Positions 30,891-45,800 of a stretch of 64,000 bases of DNA are shown piece by piece (position 1 is the stretch's first letter; every line of letters begins with the position of its first letter). The notes under the pieces are model-generated. The model was not told where the DNA came from and ran no database searches. It saw only the letters and a list, made by a program, of their open reading frames with translations. The stretch is from Alphaproteobacteria bacterium (GTDB lineage Bacteria > Pseudomonadota > Alphaproteobacteria > UBA8317). The position numbers and the translations under genes were made by a program. The stretch spans positions 94,302-158,301 of the forward strand of contig JAYPQH010000030.1 of NCBI GenBank assembly GCA_038131935.1. The letters are read 5' to 3'.

Positions 30891-33800
30891 GAAGTCTGGT
30901 TGACCGCCTAGAAGACAGGATTTTATTGTCGGCCGATCCTCTGCTTCAGGCGGTGCGTATCGCCTCCGATAGCGAGCCAAGCATAATTTTTGTTGATGCG
31001 GAACAACAAGCCACCACCGTTGAGGTTACCAACAGCAATGTTGGATCGATTTCGCTGGATCTTACATCTCTTGGTGATATGGCGAACCAGAATCCATTGC
31101 TAACGCCGATCGATACAGACTTGGTCCGTCTAGACGCAACCATGCTCGCAATCGAGCTTGGTTTGGGCGATGCCAGTTTGACGGACTTGTCGCTCTCTCA
31201 GGAGAGTGATGGCACGCTTAGGCTTGGTGGTGATGGCGTTGTTGATCTGCTGTTCCAAGCACCAACTGAGAGCCTTGTGATACGTGGAGGGTTGGGTCTT
31301 GATTCGATAGAGCTAGAGTCTTTTTCGGTAGCTACTGCGGACATATTTATTGAAGCGGAACATATCAAGGTTGGTGAGGCAGCAGAGATATCGGTAGGCG
31401 GAGCTCTGACTTTGAATGCCATAGCGGGTTTTACTGAACGCCACACCGGATCCTTAGACGCACTTGCACTAGCCTTTGCCGATTCAACTTACAGTTCTTC
31501 AATCGAGGTTGACGGTAAAGTTTCGGTCTCTGGTGGGATGGTATTTGCCGCAGAAACTTCCCTTGCGCTAGATATTGATCATCAAGGCGATATAACGCCA
31601 GCCATACTGCGTCCAGAATTAGTCTCTGTTGCGTACATTGGAGCGAGTGCCGAACTTAATGCTGGTTGGTTGGAGCTGACCTCTGAAACTTCAGCTGATA
31701 TTGAGGTGGATGTTGACGGAGGTCTGGGCGTTATCTCGATAGACCTAAACCAAGTTAGTAGGTCGATGGTTTCAGGTGGTGCTAGCCTTCATCTCCATGA
31801 GAATGAAGGCGGGACAGTTCTTCTTGTCGATTCGTTTGGTCAGACCGGCTTAGATGCGCGATTTGCGCCAATTATCAATGATGGTGACCTGCAGGGATTG
31901 ATGGCCGGCCAGGATAAAACAACAGATACTGCTGGTTTTGATTTGGCTTATGCTGATTTTGCTATCAACAGAGATGTTTCTGCTGTCCTGGGTGATGGTC
32001 TAGACGTTTTGACAATTGGATCTCTAGATCAGCCAATAGCTGGTAGTATTTCAGTTGGTGCCGGCGCTCTAAATCTTGGTGACGCGGGTCTGAGTGTCTC
32101 CATCGATTCAGACATCACTGGATTGCAGTTGCTGACAGTCACCGATCAAGTCTTGGCGGAAATAAGGCGTGCAGAACTTGACGTGTTTGATATTGAGGTC
32201 CTTGCATATGCTGGCTCGTCAGCGGACTCAACGTCCAAGGTGGTTCAAAATCAGATGTATGGTTCTGTAGTTGCTAGAGTTATAGACTCTAGGCTTGGCG
32301 CCTCAAATGACATCTCAATCTTGGCTACAGATAACTCGACTTCCAGCGCGTTATCCTCCGATTTTGTGGCATCGGGTAGTCAATTGAAAGGCCTTGATAT
32401 TGGTATTGCTTACGCAACTAACCTTTGGTCAAGAGATATTTTGGCTCAGATCATCAATTCGGATGTGACCAGCTCCAATCTTTATTTGGAAGCGCAGGCA
32501 CTTGCCATATTAGACGCAGAAGTTGGGTCTCAAATTGTAGCCGAGGTAACGACGGGCGAGTCTGACCCAAGCTTTTCTATGGGGGGGGCGGTTGCCTCGA
32601 ATGAGGTGATGGGCCAGGTCCATGCGACGACGTCCGGTGGCTCTATTAGCGTTAACGGACTCTCTGTCCAAGCTTCCAATCTGATCTCTTTGCATTCCGA
32701 TACCGCCGCGGGTGCGGCATCTGCAGGTGATACCTCGTCTGCATTGGCGTTATCCTTTAATTTAATTGGATACACGATGACCGGAACCGTCGGTATGATT
32801 GCTGATTCAATACTGGGTGTGGATTCAGGGATCAAAGCAATGCCGCTTCATACCCTTGCTGAACTTCTTGATACTGAGGTGACCGTTAGCGGTGATATGA
32901 CGGTCGATGCTCGCAACGCGCTGTCGGTCAATTCATCCATCGACAGCTCGATCATGGCTGAAGTCGATGACCTGAGCGAAGCAATTGCAGTGGGTGCTGC
33001 TGTTGCATTGTCAACCAACCGATATACGAGCTCTTCAGTCACACGGATAATGGGTATATCAACCGGCCAGGCACGGCCATCATTGATCGTTGGTGGCGAT
33101 CTTTCGATTTCAGCGACAGACGAATCTGAGATCCTATCAAGTTCAGATGTTAGCGTGAATTCATTGGGTGGTGGGATTGCAGCAGGTGCGCTTATTTCCA
33201 ATAACCATGTTGATCGAGACGTATTGGTCGACCTATCTAACCGTGACATAGACGTTACTGGAACACTCTCAATGGCTGCACTATCGACCGGTATCCTGCA
33301 GTCGGCTGTAGAAGGTATTATCGAATTACCTGGTGCAATTTCATCGACCGAGCAAGGAGTCGATGATGGTTTAGGTATGAATGCTTTGGTGGCGTCTAAC
33401 ACAATGTTGGGTTCAACCATAGTCCAGTCCGATCAGTCAAATATGAATATCGGCGGTGATTTACTGTTGTCTTCAAAAACTTCAGGTTCAATTGATGCAA
33501 CTAACAGTGCTCTGACGTCGTCCTCGGGTCGTTCGGCCGGAGTAACAACAGCTTTTAATTCTATCGGATGGCAGTCGCAGAGCTTTGGCTCTCATTTGGT
33601 CGATGGACTCCTTGGTTCTAGGCTTGCTGATCAAGATCCGCTCAACACAACTGTTGATCTCGATGCGAGTGACATATCGATCAGCGGTGATCTTAATATC
33701 AAAGTTACACAAGTCCCCGAAATACGTTCGGTCGTTTCCAACGTTGCAGCGTCTGAGGCGAGTGGAGGAATGGGCTTTGTCTTGGCTACAAACAGAATTG

Positions 33801-36800
33801 CAAGGGACGTTGCAGCGGAAGTTCACCAAGGTGTTGATGTTGGCCAAGAAAATACTTCGCTTCAATTGGCTGGCGACATGACTGTCTATGTAAGTGATAC
33901 GTCTGGTGTTTCGGCGGTTCTTGATCTCGCGGCGTCTGGTAGCTTGTCATCTGTAGGTGCATTGGTCGCAAGAAATGATATCCGCGGAACGGTGGACGCA
34001 GTTTTAGGTGGCGTGCGCCTTGATGTTGGTGGCAGTCTTTCAGTTTTGTCTCGAATGGCTGCCACGATAACCGCCAGCGCCACAGGTGATGTAGTGGTAT
34101 CAGAAGATGCAGGGCTTGATAGTTTGGCTGCCAGTGCTCTGATATCGTCAAATACAATCCTGGGTGACTCTACCATTGATCTAAGTGAATCGATCATTGA
34201 GGTTGGTGATGAAACAGAAATACTTGCGTCCCAGATCTCAAAAATATCGGCCAGCAACTCCGCCAACGCGACGGGTTCCCGCGCCGCTTCGGGATTGATT
34301 GCCTTTAATGCGATTGGATGGGATGCTGGCAATTTGTTCGAGCAAGTCGCTACTGGTCTATTTAGCTCCAGCTGGCTTTCAGACAGCCCTGCTTCCGCTC
34401 CACTTGTGTTAGACGGTACTCATATTGTTTCTGGTGGTGGGATAGCCATGGAGGTGAGCTCATCATCAGATATAAGTGCCGACATTAAGGCTGGGGCTAC
34501 AGGCACATCCGGTGCAGCTGCCTCAGTTGTTCTGGCTACCAATTTGGTCAGTTCGAGGGCTCATGTCGCTGGTCGTCGAAGTGACTCAGCAACTCGGAAT
34601 ACAGAACTTATTTCGGGTGAATCCATACAGATTTTTGGTAACGATACATCTTCAATCATAGCCAATGTATCCAGTGATGCATCTTCAGATGGTGGATCGC
34701 TAGCGGTTGGTGGGGTGATCGCGCGAAATGAGATTGTGAGTTCTACTACCCTGGACTTCGACCATGCGAGGCTGGAGGCAGATGGTGATATCGCGATCAT
34801 TGTAAAGTCAGGAGCCGATATTGAATCAAGAGTTTCAGGTGTTGTCGAGGCATCGGTCGGGTCTGAGTCCAACGCTACGTCTCTGGCAATTAACGGTGTC
34901 ATCGCAACCAACGCGGTACAGAATAACGCCGACATAATCTTCAACCAGAGCCTTGCCGATGCGGGCAAATCAGTCACCATGAGCGCCTCTAGCCCATCCC
35001 GTGTGACCGCAAATAATACCGCGATTGTGACCTCGGATGGCCCTGCCGCTGGGGTAACTCTGGCCTTCAACACCATAGGAATGGCGCCGTCAAATATTTT
35101 CGCTACCAGCATCGACATACTATTAGGAGGCGTTCTTGCGAACGAGTCACCAGCTGGCAGCCAAGTCCTTGTAACCGGATCAAACATTAAGGCTGGAGGA
35201 GAGATTGAAGTTGCGGCAGGAGCGAGCCTAGAGGGTCATCAGCTCGGATCATTGGTGTCTTCGACAGTTGCTAACGAGGCAACGGCGGGTGAGGCCGCTG
35301 CAAGCTTTGTTCTAGCGACAAACCTGATCAATAGTAGAAATCGTTCGCTCATATCTGCTGGCAATCCTGACGACCTCGACCCAGCTAATCTGGAAAGTCT
35401 CGTCGATATATCGGCCGCTGGCGGTATATCAGTATCCGCTAGCGATGCCGCGATCATACGTTCTGATATCTCTTTGTCAGCAACCAGTAGTGGGGCTGCG
35501 GCTGTTGGAGGTGTGATCGCGACCAATGACGTAACGGCTGACACGATCGCGACACTTGATCGTATCAACTTGCGAGCCGGCGACACGACGATTGCGTCCC
35601 TCCAAATGGCTGCTATTGATGCGACCGTTAAGGGAGAAACCGTTTCAATCGATGACTCTGGTGCTGACGGGTTGGCGGTGAATGGTCTAATCGCATCAAA
35701 TGCTGTGAGGGGAGACACATCCGCACAGATTAGTGGTGGAGAGTTTCTTGTTGTCGGAGACCTCTTGGTAGACTCGAGGAACCGTGGATCGATTAGCTCC
35801 TCTAATGAAGCGACGATGGTATCTGGTTCGGGAGCGGTTGGTGCGACGCTGGCGTTTAATTCTGTCGGCTACGAGAAGCAAAACATTTTATCAAAGACCC
35901 TAGACGCAATTGTCGGTGGTGATCTCGGTGTGGAGTTGCCTTCTCAGTCAGATGCTCGAGTGACTGAAGTGAGTTTAGATGTGTTGGGTGATGTCTCAGT
36001 GGTCAGTCTGGCTGAGGGTACGATCTCGGCGATGACTACAAATGCGGCATCGAACCAGGGCTCTGGTACCACGGCAAGCATGGTGCTGGCTACAAATGCG
36101 GTCGTTGTAGAGACCGATGCGATCATTGAGGACTCAGGCCCAGTCAAGGATTCTGACGCGATTCGGGTCGGTGGCGATCTCCACGTAGCGGCCTCCAGTG
36201 CCTCGACCGTTCTGGCCGACGTGCTGGTCTCTGCGTCAGCCATAACCGATGCATCGTCGCTAGGGTCGGATTATGAAGCTGACTTCCTGTCTAGTGATGG
36301 AGAGCAAACACTGCAACTGGGCAATGTCGTCCATCTGACTCGACCATGAGGCCGGTGGGGACGCTGACTCACTGTACCTTATATGGGTCCAAGCCATGAG
36401 ACGATCGACCTTACCGTCACGGACTTCTCTGACGATGGCTTGTGGTACAAGGTGATTCCACCACAAGGCAAGGTTGCGGAATTAATTGCCAGCTTGGAGT
36501 CGGCCCAGATGCCGTACTTCGAGAAGTCCCTGTCCATCAGCGACCTGACGATCGCGGGTCAAACGTTTGATGTCGGCCTTGGGGCGGGGCTCGGCTGGCG
36601 CGACGTGGGGTTCCTTGATTTCTTGGCAGGTAATGCCGATCCGGTTACCTCAGAGATCTCGAAAACTGAGACGGGCCTGCACATTATCACCCCATCTTTG
36701 AACGTCGGCGGGCGCGAATTAGTTGGTCCCGAGTTGAACCTGGATATCGACCTTCCTAATCCGAAGTTACCCTATACGGTGTTTGAGGAGGAGCTGGGAT

Positions 36801-39800
36801 CCATTGAGCATGGCGGTCAGGTCTACTCGTGGGGTATCCGTGGCTTTGCGGGTTGGGAGGACACCACTCTACTCGAGATGATTAACGTCGACGCTCTGTT
36901 AGATGGAGACGTGAATCCGATCCCACCCGATATAGGCTTCGAGTTCTTCGTCGATGAATTTGTCATCGACGATCTCAGAATAATCCCGCCCGAGGTTCGG
37001 ATTACGCCCCCAGAAATTTGGTTAACGTTGTTCGGGAAACCGTTGAAACTGGCCTACGGCGACGAGATTGTGGTCACCGCCCCGAGTGAGCTGGACGACT
37101 ATATCGATGCTGATGCGGACCCGCTAGCGCTCACGATCCCTGAACTGAACCTCGACCAGCTGCTGTCTCCCACCAAGGTTGCCCAGTACCCGTCAGACTA
37201 CTGGAAAGACGCGCTGACCATCGATGTGCGTAACCCTGAGCTTCCGTACTTTGAGACGTTCCTTGCTGCCGGCTCCTTTGAAATTGACGGGCGAGACTGG
37301 GATATCGGTTTAGATGTATCAGTTGGTTGGGAGAACCAACGACTGTTCGACATGCTAGCTGGTGATTTACCCGTGAGTGGGATCGAGTTTGGACAGACGG
37401 GTTTTGTCCTACAGTCTCCAGGGATCGATGTTGCGGGATTTAGTCTGGCAGGGCCAGCGCTTGGAATTGATCTGGTGCTGCCCGACCTGGATTTGCCTTT
37501 TTACAGCTTCAGTGACGTAGTTGCGGAGTTTGAGATACCGGGGACCGGCGGAGAAACCGTCGGACTTGGCATTAACGCGGAGCTTGGTTGGAAAGACGCC
37601 ACTCTTATGGATCTGGTTGATGTTGGTGCCTGGATCGAGGGTAGCTTCGAGTCGGCCGAGCCCGTCTATGATTATTCCTTTTTCCTTGAGTACACCGACG
37701 ATAACGGTTCCACGGTGGGTGCGGTTCCCGATGTCATCTCTTTGGCCCTGCCCCAGGCTAGGGCCTCGGTGTTTGGCAAGAATGTCTTGTTTGGTGTCGG
37801 TAGCGGGCCTGTCGAAATCTCTCTGACGGACGTCTTGGGTGACGATTTTGGTGGCCTGATCGACGCGTCGATGGACCCGATTGAGATTGTCGCGCCATCG
37901 ATCGATTTGAATAGCCTGGTCGACCTTGATCCCAGGACATATCAGCCGGATGGGAGTGAGATTCTGATCAACGTCCTCGATACGTCGTCGTTCGAGAGCG
38001 CATTTTTCGAGTTGATAAAGGTAGTACCTGGAAACTACGGGTTCACTGACTCGCCCCTGGTTGCGGCGATTGACGTGCTGGCGGATGAGCTGATTCCGTT
38101 CTCGCTAACTAGCTTCTCGATAGACGACCTGATGCCGACTGAGGCATACGAAAAGATCAAGTGGTTTGTCGACGAGGGTGCTGAGACTGTTGATCTAACG
38201 ATCCCCAGTCAGGTCTATGATATTCCGGGCATCGGGCTCTTCTTAAGCAACCCAATACTCCCTAATATTGAACAAAGTCTGGACGCGACGACGATCGAGT
38301 TGGCCGGAGAAATGTGGGATATCGGCCTGTCCGCGTCCCTCGGTTGGCAGGGCGCGCGACTGATAGATGTGTTGGCTGGCGAGGCGCCGGCGTCTGGTCT
38401 CAGCGCCCTCGATACTGGTTTCGGAATCCAGTTCCAGCCAGAGGGAATAAACCTAGCCGGCTTCAACCTTCAGGCGCCCTCGTTGCAGGTTGACCTCAGA
38501 CTGCCCGACCCGGATCTCCCATTTATCGAGTTCGACCAGACCATCGCCGAGATCGATATTCCCGCGAGCAACGGGGCAAAGATCGGGGTAGGCGCGTCCG
38601 CGAGAATCGGGTGGGAGGATACCTCTTTGCTCAACTTGATCGACCTGGACGCGCTACTGAACGGTGAGTTCTCAGCAGTTGCGCCCGAGTTCGAGATAGA
38701 CCTGCGGCTCGAGTACACAGACAGCGAGGGTATGGGATCCAGCTTCCTCCCGGGTGAGATACATTTGGCCTTGCCCGACGTGAAGCTCGAGTTGATGGAT
38801 AAAACGCTGCTCCTTGGGTTCGGGTCGAGGCCGATCGAGTTCGAGACCAGCCGCCTAGGCATCAGCTCGGGCTTTATCGATGAGTCACTCGAGCCTTTGC
38901 TGATCGACCTCCCGACCCTCGACCTCAACCGACTGATTGACCCGACAGCAGATCTTTCTTTGTTGACCGACCTGAGCGACCAGACGTTTTACTACCAAGT
39001 CCAAGGGTCTGAGATTGAAGTAGACGTAACCGATCTGGATAGCTTAGAGGCTGGCTTCAGGCGACTGATCCAAGTTCTACCATCCGAGTTTTCGATCACG
39101 AACCCGACAGCGACCGGCGAGTTATTGGGTCTCGCGATTGATACGGAATTACCGCTACTTGAATTATCCGGCAGCCTGCAGGGCTCGGGGCTCATTGATT
39201 TCAACCTGTCGAGCTTCGGTCTGGAGGACGTACTGACGTCCGATATATTCGAGTGGGTCCAGCCGCTGATCGATCCGGAGGCGAGCCCTGTCACAGTTAA
39301 TATCCCCGACTTTGATTTTGGCACCCTAGGGTCACCGATCCCTGTGCTCGACCAATTTTTGGAGCAGATCGAGTTTTTACCATCCGAGCTGCGTGTCTAC
39401 GACCCGTCACTGATCGCCCAGGTCACCTTCGAGCTGTCAGAGCTGCTCTCAGAGCAGCCCGGCATGAGTCTAGTCACGAGCGTCTTACCTTTACCGACGA
39501 GCTTTGACAGCACGATTGATCAGGAGGTTTCGGTTTCAGGGTTAGTCAGTGACGCACTTAGTCGGCTCGGTATCGACTATCTCCGGTTTGGTTCGGATGA
39601 GACGGGTACCTACATGGCATTCAATGTCATCGACGTGTTACCGGAGTCGGTCGCGGATATCCTGGGTATATTTGTTGATCTCGATGACCCAGAGATACGA
39701 TCATTTGAGATCCCAAGCTTTAGTTTCGGGACCATCGACATTAACGCGCTTATCGGTGGCGACCGTTCGTCAGCGAGCACACAGGCCGCGTCTTCAAGCC

Positions 39801-42800
39801 AAACTCAAACAGTTACCACGACAACAACGGAACAGACCACCGAGGCACCTGTCAATGAAGACTGGGTTGCCCTCGACAGCGTAACCAACGCGCGGAGCGG
39901 TCAGTCTGAGATACAAAAGCTAACGCTCGACACGAAGGATGTTGACTTTTCTACCGGATCGATTGGAGCCAGCCTGGGCTTGGGCCGCATGATCACCGAC
40001 CCGATTGAGATTTTGGAGTTAGGTGAGTCGAGGGACGCGATCCAGGCCGTAAGTCTGCTCAGCGCCTACGACCTTGTCGGGCACTCAGTCCCGGCGAGCT
40101 CTTACGAGCTGACCCTGTCGCATGGAAGGCAGCCGGTCGGCAGCAACGAGAAGTTCCGTTTTTACTTTGAGGGTGATCCAGACGTTCAGTCGAAGACAGC
40201 TCGATTCTTGTCGACACAGACGTCCCGGCAGCCCGATGAAGTTGTGACCGCTCTCGCGGATTTGCTGGGAATCCAGGGTACAGCAGAGCGTGTCTCACGT
40301 GGCGTATATACCCTGGGCGGGATCACTGCCGCCTACACATCGAATGCTCCCGCAAACAATCAGCGGATCTCTATTACCTTCTCGGATACCTTGGCTGAAC
40401 GCCTGGACGGGGTTGGTGAGCTAAAGGTCACGATGATTACCCCGGGATCGAACCTGAGGCCGTCACTGGAAGCCCTGGATGGTAGCGACCTGCCGCCGGC
40501 GACGTTCGCATACAGTGTGAGCTTGGGAGGCCAAAAGACCAAGGCGGACTTTATCGCGCCATCGTCTCGAAGCCTAGCCGATATCGAAACCGCGACAGAA
40601 TCTAACCGAGCCAGTCTCGAGAAGGCGCTGGAGGACCTGGTCGGCTCAGGGAACGTGTCGGTAGGCACTGACTACGGCTCAGAAGACGCGTGGCTATTCG
40701 TGGTGACATTCCAGGGGCAGCTCGCCGGGCAGCAAGTCGGGTTGGTGTCGGTTGAGGCGTCCGGGGCAGCCGATGGTTCGTTGTTGGTCGACAGCGCACA
40801 CCTGGTTGAAGGCCGTCGGGCCACAGACGCCACGATGCAGGCTGCGCTTATCGAGGCAGGTCTAAACGACGCATTCGGAGGCACCGTGGCGCGTGTCGAT
40901 GTGTCGGACAACAGCGCTGTCGACGCGGTTGTGTACGAGATCCGCTATACCGATCAGCTCGGTGACCTTGACCTACCTCAGATCCGTAACACCAGCCCAG
41001 TCGATGGCCTGGTCGTAACCGTAGACACGGAAGTCAACGGCAGCGCCGCGAGCGGACCTCGATTCGTGCTGGACCAGGCATCTGTCGAGGATGCCTCTAG
41101 CTTTGACGTTAGGGTGTCAGTCAATGGTGCCCAGTACATCGCGAGCGCTCTTGATTCTGATATTTCTGCTGACGCGCTGGCGTCCGCGATCAAGGGCTCG
41201 GAGTACCTGTGGGTGACAGAGCTCGAGACGGGCGAAATGATCGAGGAGATATTTAGGTTTTCCGACCTAGGCCTCGATCCGTTAGTCACCCAGGCATCGA
41301 GTGCCGACGGGGGTCAGGGCTATATCATCACGTTCGCCGGCGACGTCTCGAACTACCCGCTGGACGGGATCGAGATCCGGCTCAGCGGTTCGGTACCAGA
41401 GCAGTCAGACCCGGCTAGTCAGTCACCAGATAGGGACGCATCGGCGGTCGGCGGCATCGTCGCCAGGAATGACATCAGAAGCACTTCCGTCTCAGGTATC
41501 CTGAATTCTTCTGTCTCCGCGTCGGGAATCTCGATCTCTTCTACCGACAACGGAATAGTAAGAGCCACCCTCGACGCTACCGCAGAGGCCGCCGGGTCCG
41601 AGGGTGATGGGATGGCAGTCGGTGGCATAATTTCGGCAAATATCGTGCAGGGTGGCGCGTCAGCGGTTATCGAAAACAGCCGGGTAACATCGCAGGGTGA
41701 TGTGTCGATCAACAGCATCAACAGCGCCCACATCGACGCCACCAATAACAGTGCCGTGACCGCTGGCGAGACGTCCGTCGGCGCGACTCTCGCGTTCAAT
41801 ACCGTCGGATACGAGGCCTCGAATATCTTGGCGCAGGCCGCTGATGCACTCGCAGGCGCTGGCTTCGCGGTGAAGAATCCGAACCACACGATTGCCCGGA
41901 TAGTCGGCTCCGAGATCACCGCGTCTGGTGGCCTCGTCGTTGACGCACGCTCTGAGGCATATATCCGGGCGAATGTAGATAATGAAGCAGTCTCTTCTGC
42001 CGCCGCCGCTGAGGGTAAGTCGAAGGGCGGGGTCTCGGCCGGTTTCGTGCTGTCCAGTAACTTCATTGCGGGCGATACAAGAGCATTAGTCGACAATGAT
42101 GGAAATACATTATCTGCCGGGCTTCCTGGTCTAACCGTTTCCGCGGTCGATGATGCGGCGATCGACTCACAAATCAACCTTACCTCGGCGGTCGAGGCCG
42201 GAGGGTTGGGACTGGGCGATGCCGCCAGATCGATCATGGATTATATCGGCATTACCTACACCGATCATTCGGGTATCCAACGCCTCAAGGTCGGCGACAG
42301 GGTCAGGTTAGGTTCAGCAGAGTACGGCGAGCTGGATAGTCCGACAGAGATCCAGACCGGCGAACGGGTCACGCTCCAAACAAACATCGGGAACGGTGCC
42401 GCGGGTCAGACTTATGAATATCTTGGTCAAGACCTGCTGACGAACGCCAGATTTGCCGAGCAGGACTTCTCTGATACCTCACTGTGGAGACGGCTGCTCG
42501 GTGACCCCGGAATGGTCTACGTTTATACCGGACCTGGTGAGGCACTGGACCTATCACAGACTGATTACACCGATACGTCACGCTGGACCGCCCTAGACCT
42601 TCAGGGATTTGTCGAACTGGGGCTGGACGTACTCGATTCGATCGGTGCCGAAGATGGCTCAACCGCGGTGGGCGGACTAATCACGAGGAACAGCCTCGAT
42701 GGGTTTACCTCGGCCAAAGTCTTAAATTCAGATATCGTTAGTCAGGGTGATGTGGTTGTCGAAGCCACGCGGTCGGGTCGCGTAGTCGCGGCTGATAACA

Positions 42801-45800
42801 GCGACGTATCGGCTGGCGGCACAGGCCTTGGGCTTGTTGTGGCTACTAATAACCTTCTTGGGGGGACGTGGTCTGAACTAGCAGGCAGCAGTGTATCAAC
42901 TGTCGTCGCCGGCGCTTCGGGGGGTGATCTTAGGGTTCGGTCCGTTAACGATGCCCTGATCAGCGCGACGGTGGCGAGTAAGGTAAAGGCCAAGACATCG
43001 GTCGGGATCACCCTCGCGTTCAACAGTATCGGGTACTTAAACACGAACCTACTCGACGACCTCGCCGCCTTGGTGACCCGTGCCGACAATGTCGAGCCGG
43101 GACAGGCGTTCGCAACAGAGTCGTGGGTCAGCGATAGCTCTCTCAACCTGTCTGGCAGCCTTGTCTTGAATTCGGACTCGGCTGCGACCATCGATGCGGT
43201 CATCAAATCATCGGCGCTTTCGGTCGACGTGGACAAGGACAAATCGAACAAGTCCGCGATCTCCATCGCCCCGGTGGCTGCGCTGAACCGGATAGCCTCG
43301 ACCACGGTCTCGCAACTGGCCGGGAGCCACGACCTGACTGTAGGCGGAGACCTCACGATCGACGGCACCAACCGGTCGCGGATACAGGCCGAGGTCAGCG
43401 CGTCCTCAATAGCTCTGTCAGCGGGTAAGACTGGCTCCAAGTCGGTGTCTATCGGTATCAGCCTAAGCCGCAACGAGATCGACTCGTTGACTGACGCCGG
43501 GATAACCGGCGAACCCGGGAACCGACCAATAATTTCTATTCTTGACGGCGCGCTTTCAATCCACACAACTAGGGAGGCGTCTATCGTCGCCAACGGCAGC
43601 GCGTCCTCAGTAGCGGTATCGGCCAGCCCCAAGGGAGGGCCGTCGGTTGGGGGCGGTGGTACGCTTGCTCTCAACCGTATCTCCGGAACCAGCGACGCTG
43701 GCATCGATGACGCTGTGGTCGAACTGCTCGGTACGGCCGATGTCGGACATCTCACTGTCCGCTCTGACGACCAATCAAAGATCGACGCGCAACTCAGGAC
43801 AACGGCCGTGTCGGTATCGGCAGGGAAGTCGGGTAAGGCTGTCGCGTTAGGTTTTTCTGCTGCGCGAAACATCATTGGAGCTGGTCCACAATCTGATCTG
43901 GCTTTCGATCTCCGATCGAGTGATTACGGCTCTGAAAATCGACTGAGTGCCTTGTCAACTGGAACTCGTGTTCTGGCCGATACCGGCCTCTTATCAGGCG
44001 CGGTTTTCGAGTACATCGGCCCCTACGTTGAACCAAAATCCGACGACGAGGACGGCGAAGACGGACTCGACCTGACCACTGTTGACTTCCACGACGCCGA
44101 CCGCTGGCGCGAATTGACCTACCTCGCGACCGATTCAAATGCGCGGGTTGTTGTGGCTGACAGTGAGCTGACCGCTCCTGGTGATGTGGTGTTCGATTCC
44201 ACATCGTCTGCCCAGATTAACGCCCGCGTCCAGTCGCTATCTGCGGCGGTCGGGGCAGGGGCGGGCGGCTCCGGGCTCTCTGCCAGCGCGGCCGGTGTCC
44301 TGGCACACAATCTCATCACCAGCGGCAGCGAGGTTCGAGTGTTGGGAGCCGGGTCGTCGATGGTAGACGCAGCGACCATCGCGATATCCTCTGACAACGC
44401 TGCGTCTATCGATGCTGTCGCGGGAGCCGCCGCGCTGGGTGCGTCGCTGGGTGTTGGCGGGACCGGCGCGTCGGTCGCGGTGGGTCTCTCTATCGCACTC
44501 AACGAGATCGACTCGGATTCGCTCGCTATTGTTGAAGGCGTCGATTTACGAGCCTCGTCGGGTGACTTGACGGTCGAGGCTAAGGCCTCAGGTATCCCAG
44601 TACTCGAGGATCTAACGTGGGACGAGATGGTCGCAGCGGGGCTTGACGCGTCCGCACTGGATGCGCTTGCGAAGCCGGCGGATTTAATCGATTTGATGAG
44701 CAACGATGGTCGAGAGTGGGACTTCCTCGAGACAGATGGGGTCGTTCAAATCGAAGACGGTATGAAGGTCCTGAGGGCCAACGGCGATATCTATGAGTAC
44801 GATGACGACGATGGGCCGATCAATCTTAGCGCGACAGATTTCTCAGACGGCTCTCTGTGGGATATCGTTGATCGGCCCACCATCGACCTCGAGAATGGGT
44901 ACCGGGTCCGGGTCGACCTGGAGCATTCTAGTGGAGGGCTCGCGGGCCGCGTATACCGCTTTGTAGGGCCTGAGGAGGACGACGTAGAGCTCTCCTCCGA
45001 GAACTACGCTGACGGCAGTCGCTGGGTCCTTGACGATGAGTACGCTGATCCGGCGGATGAACGGCGCCTGGTTGAGGTATTGGCCGGGGCCGGGCTCGAG
45101 ATCCCGAGGGCCGAGAGTATCCTACCATCGGCTACCTACAGCAGCGACTACGATAATCACTGGGACTTCACAAACGAAGACGGAGAACAGGACATCGAGG
45201 ACGGTGATCTTATCGGTGACACCGTCAGCGGCTCTATTTACCGATACACGGGCCCGGACGAAAATGAGTTCGATCTAGGCGACGCTGATTTCAGTGACAG
45301 CGATCTGTGGGAGGAGGTAATTGTCCGCGCTGATCATGTCGTTACCGACCCGTTCCGTTCTGTCACAACCGGTGATCTGCTTGTCGCCTCTCCAGGGGGC
45401 TACATCGGTGTTTTTGAGTTCCTCGGCACGACCTCCCGAATGAACCTCGCGTCGGTCGACTACGGAGACACGAGCAACTGGGCCAGTGTTTCTTGGCACG
45501 ACGGACGTCTCGGGCGAGACCTGTCGATCGAGACCGATGACGTCCTTCTGGTGGCTGGAGACAATGGTCAGATCGAGGCCCACCAATATAAAGGCACTTC
45601 CTCCGACATTGTGTGGTCACAGGTCGACCTCTCGGATGGGTCTCAGTGGCAGCAGCGGTCGGTGCACCTGGTTCCTAATGGCTCCGATAGCGAAGTCACC
45701 ACAGGGCAAGTGGTTCAGATCACGATGGACGGTGGAACCCGCATGCTGCGCTACCTCGGTGAGACGGCCGTTGTGTCGCTTGCCACCCAGGACTACACCG

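Noticed and set aside
36347-36367. Two in-frame TGA codons between same-frame giant ORFs, suggesting readthrough or recoding
   Set aside because: The +1 frame restores the DHxAGG..Y repeat, so compensating indels explain them; TGA is a normal stop elsewhere in the window.
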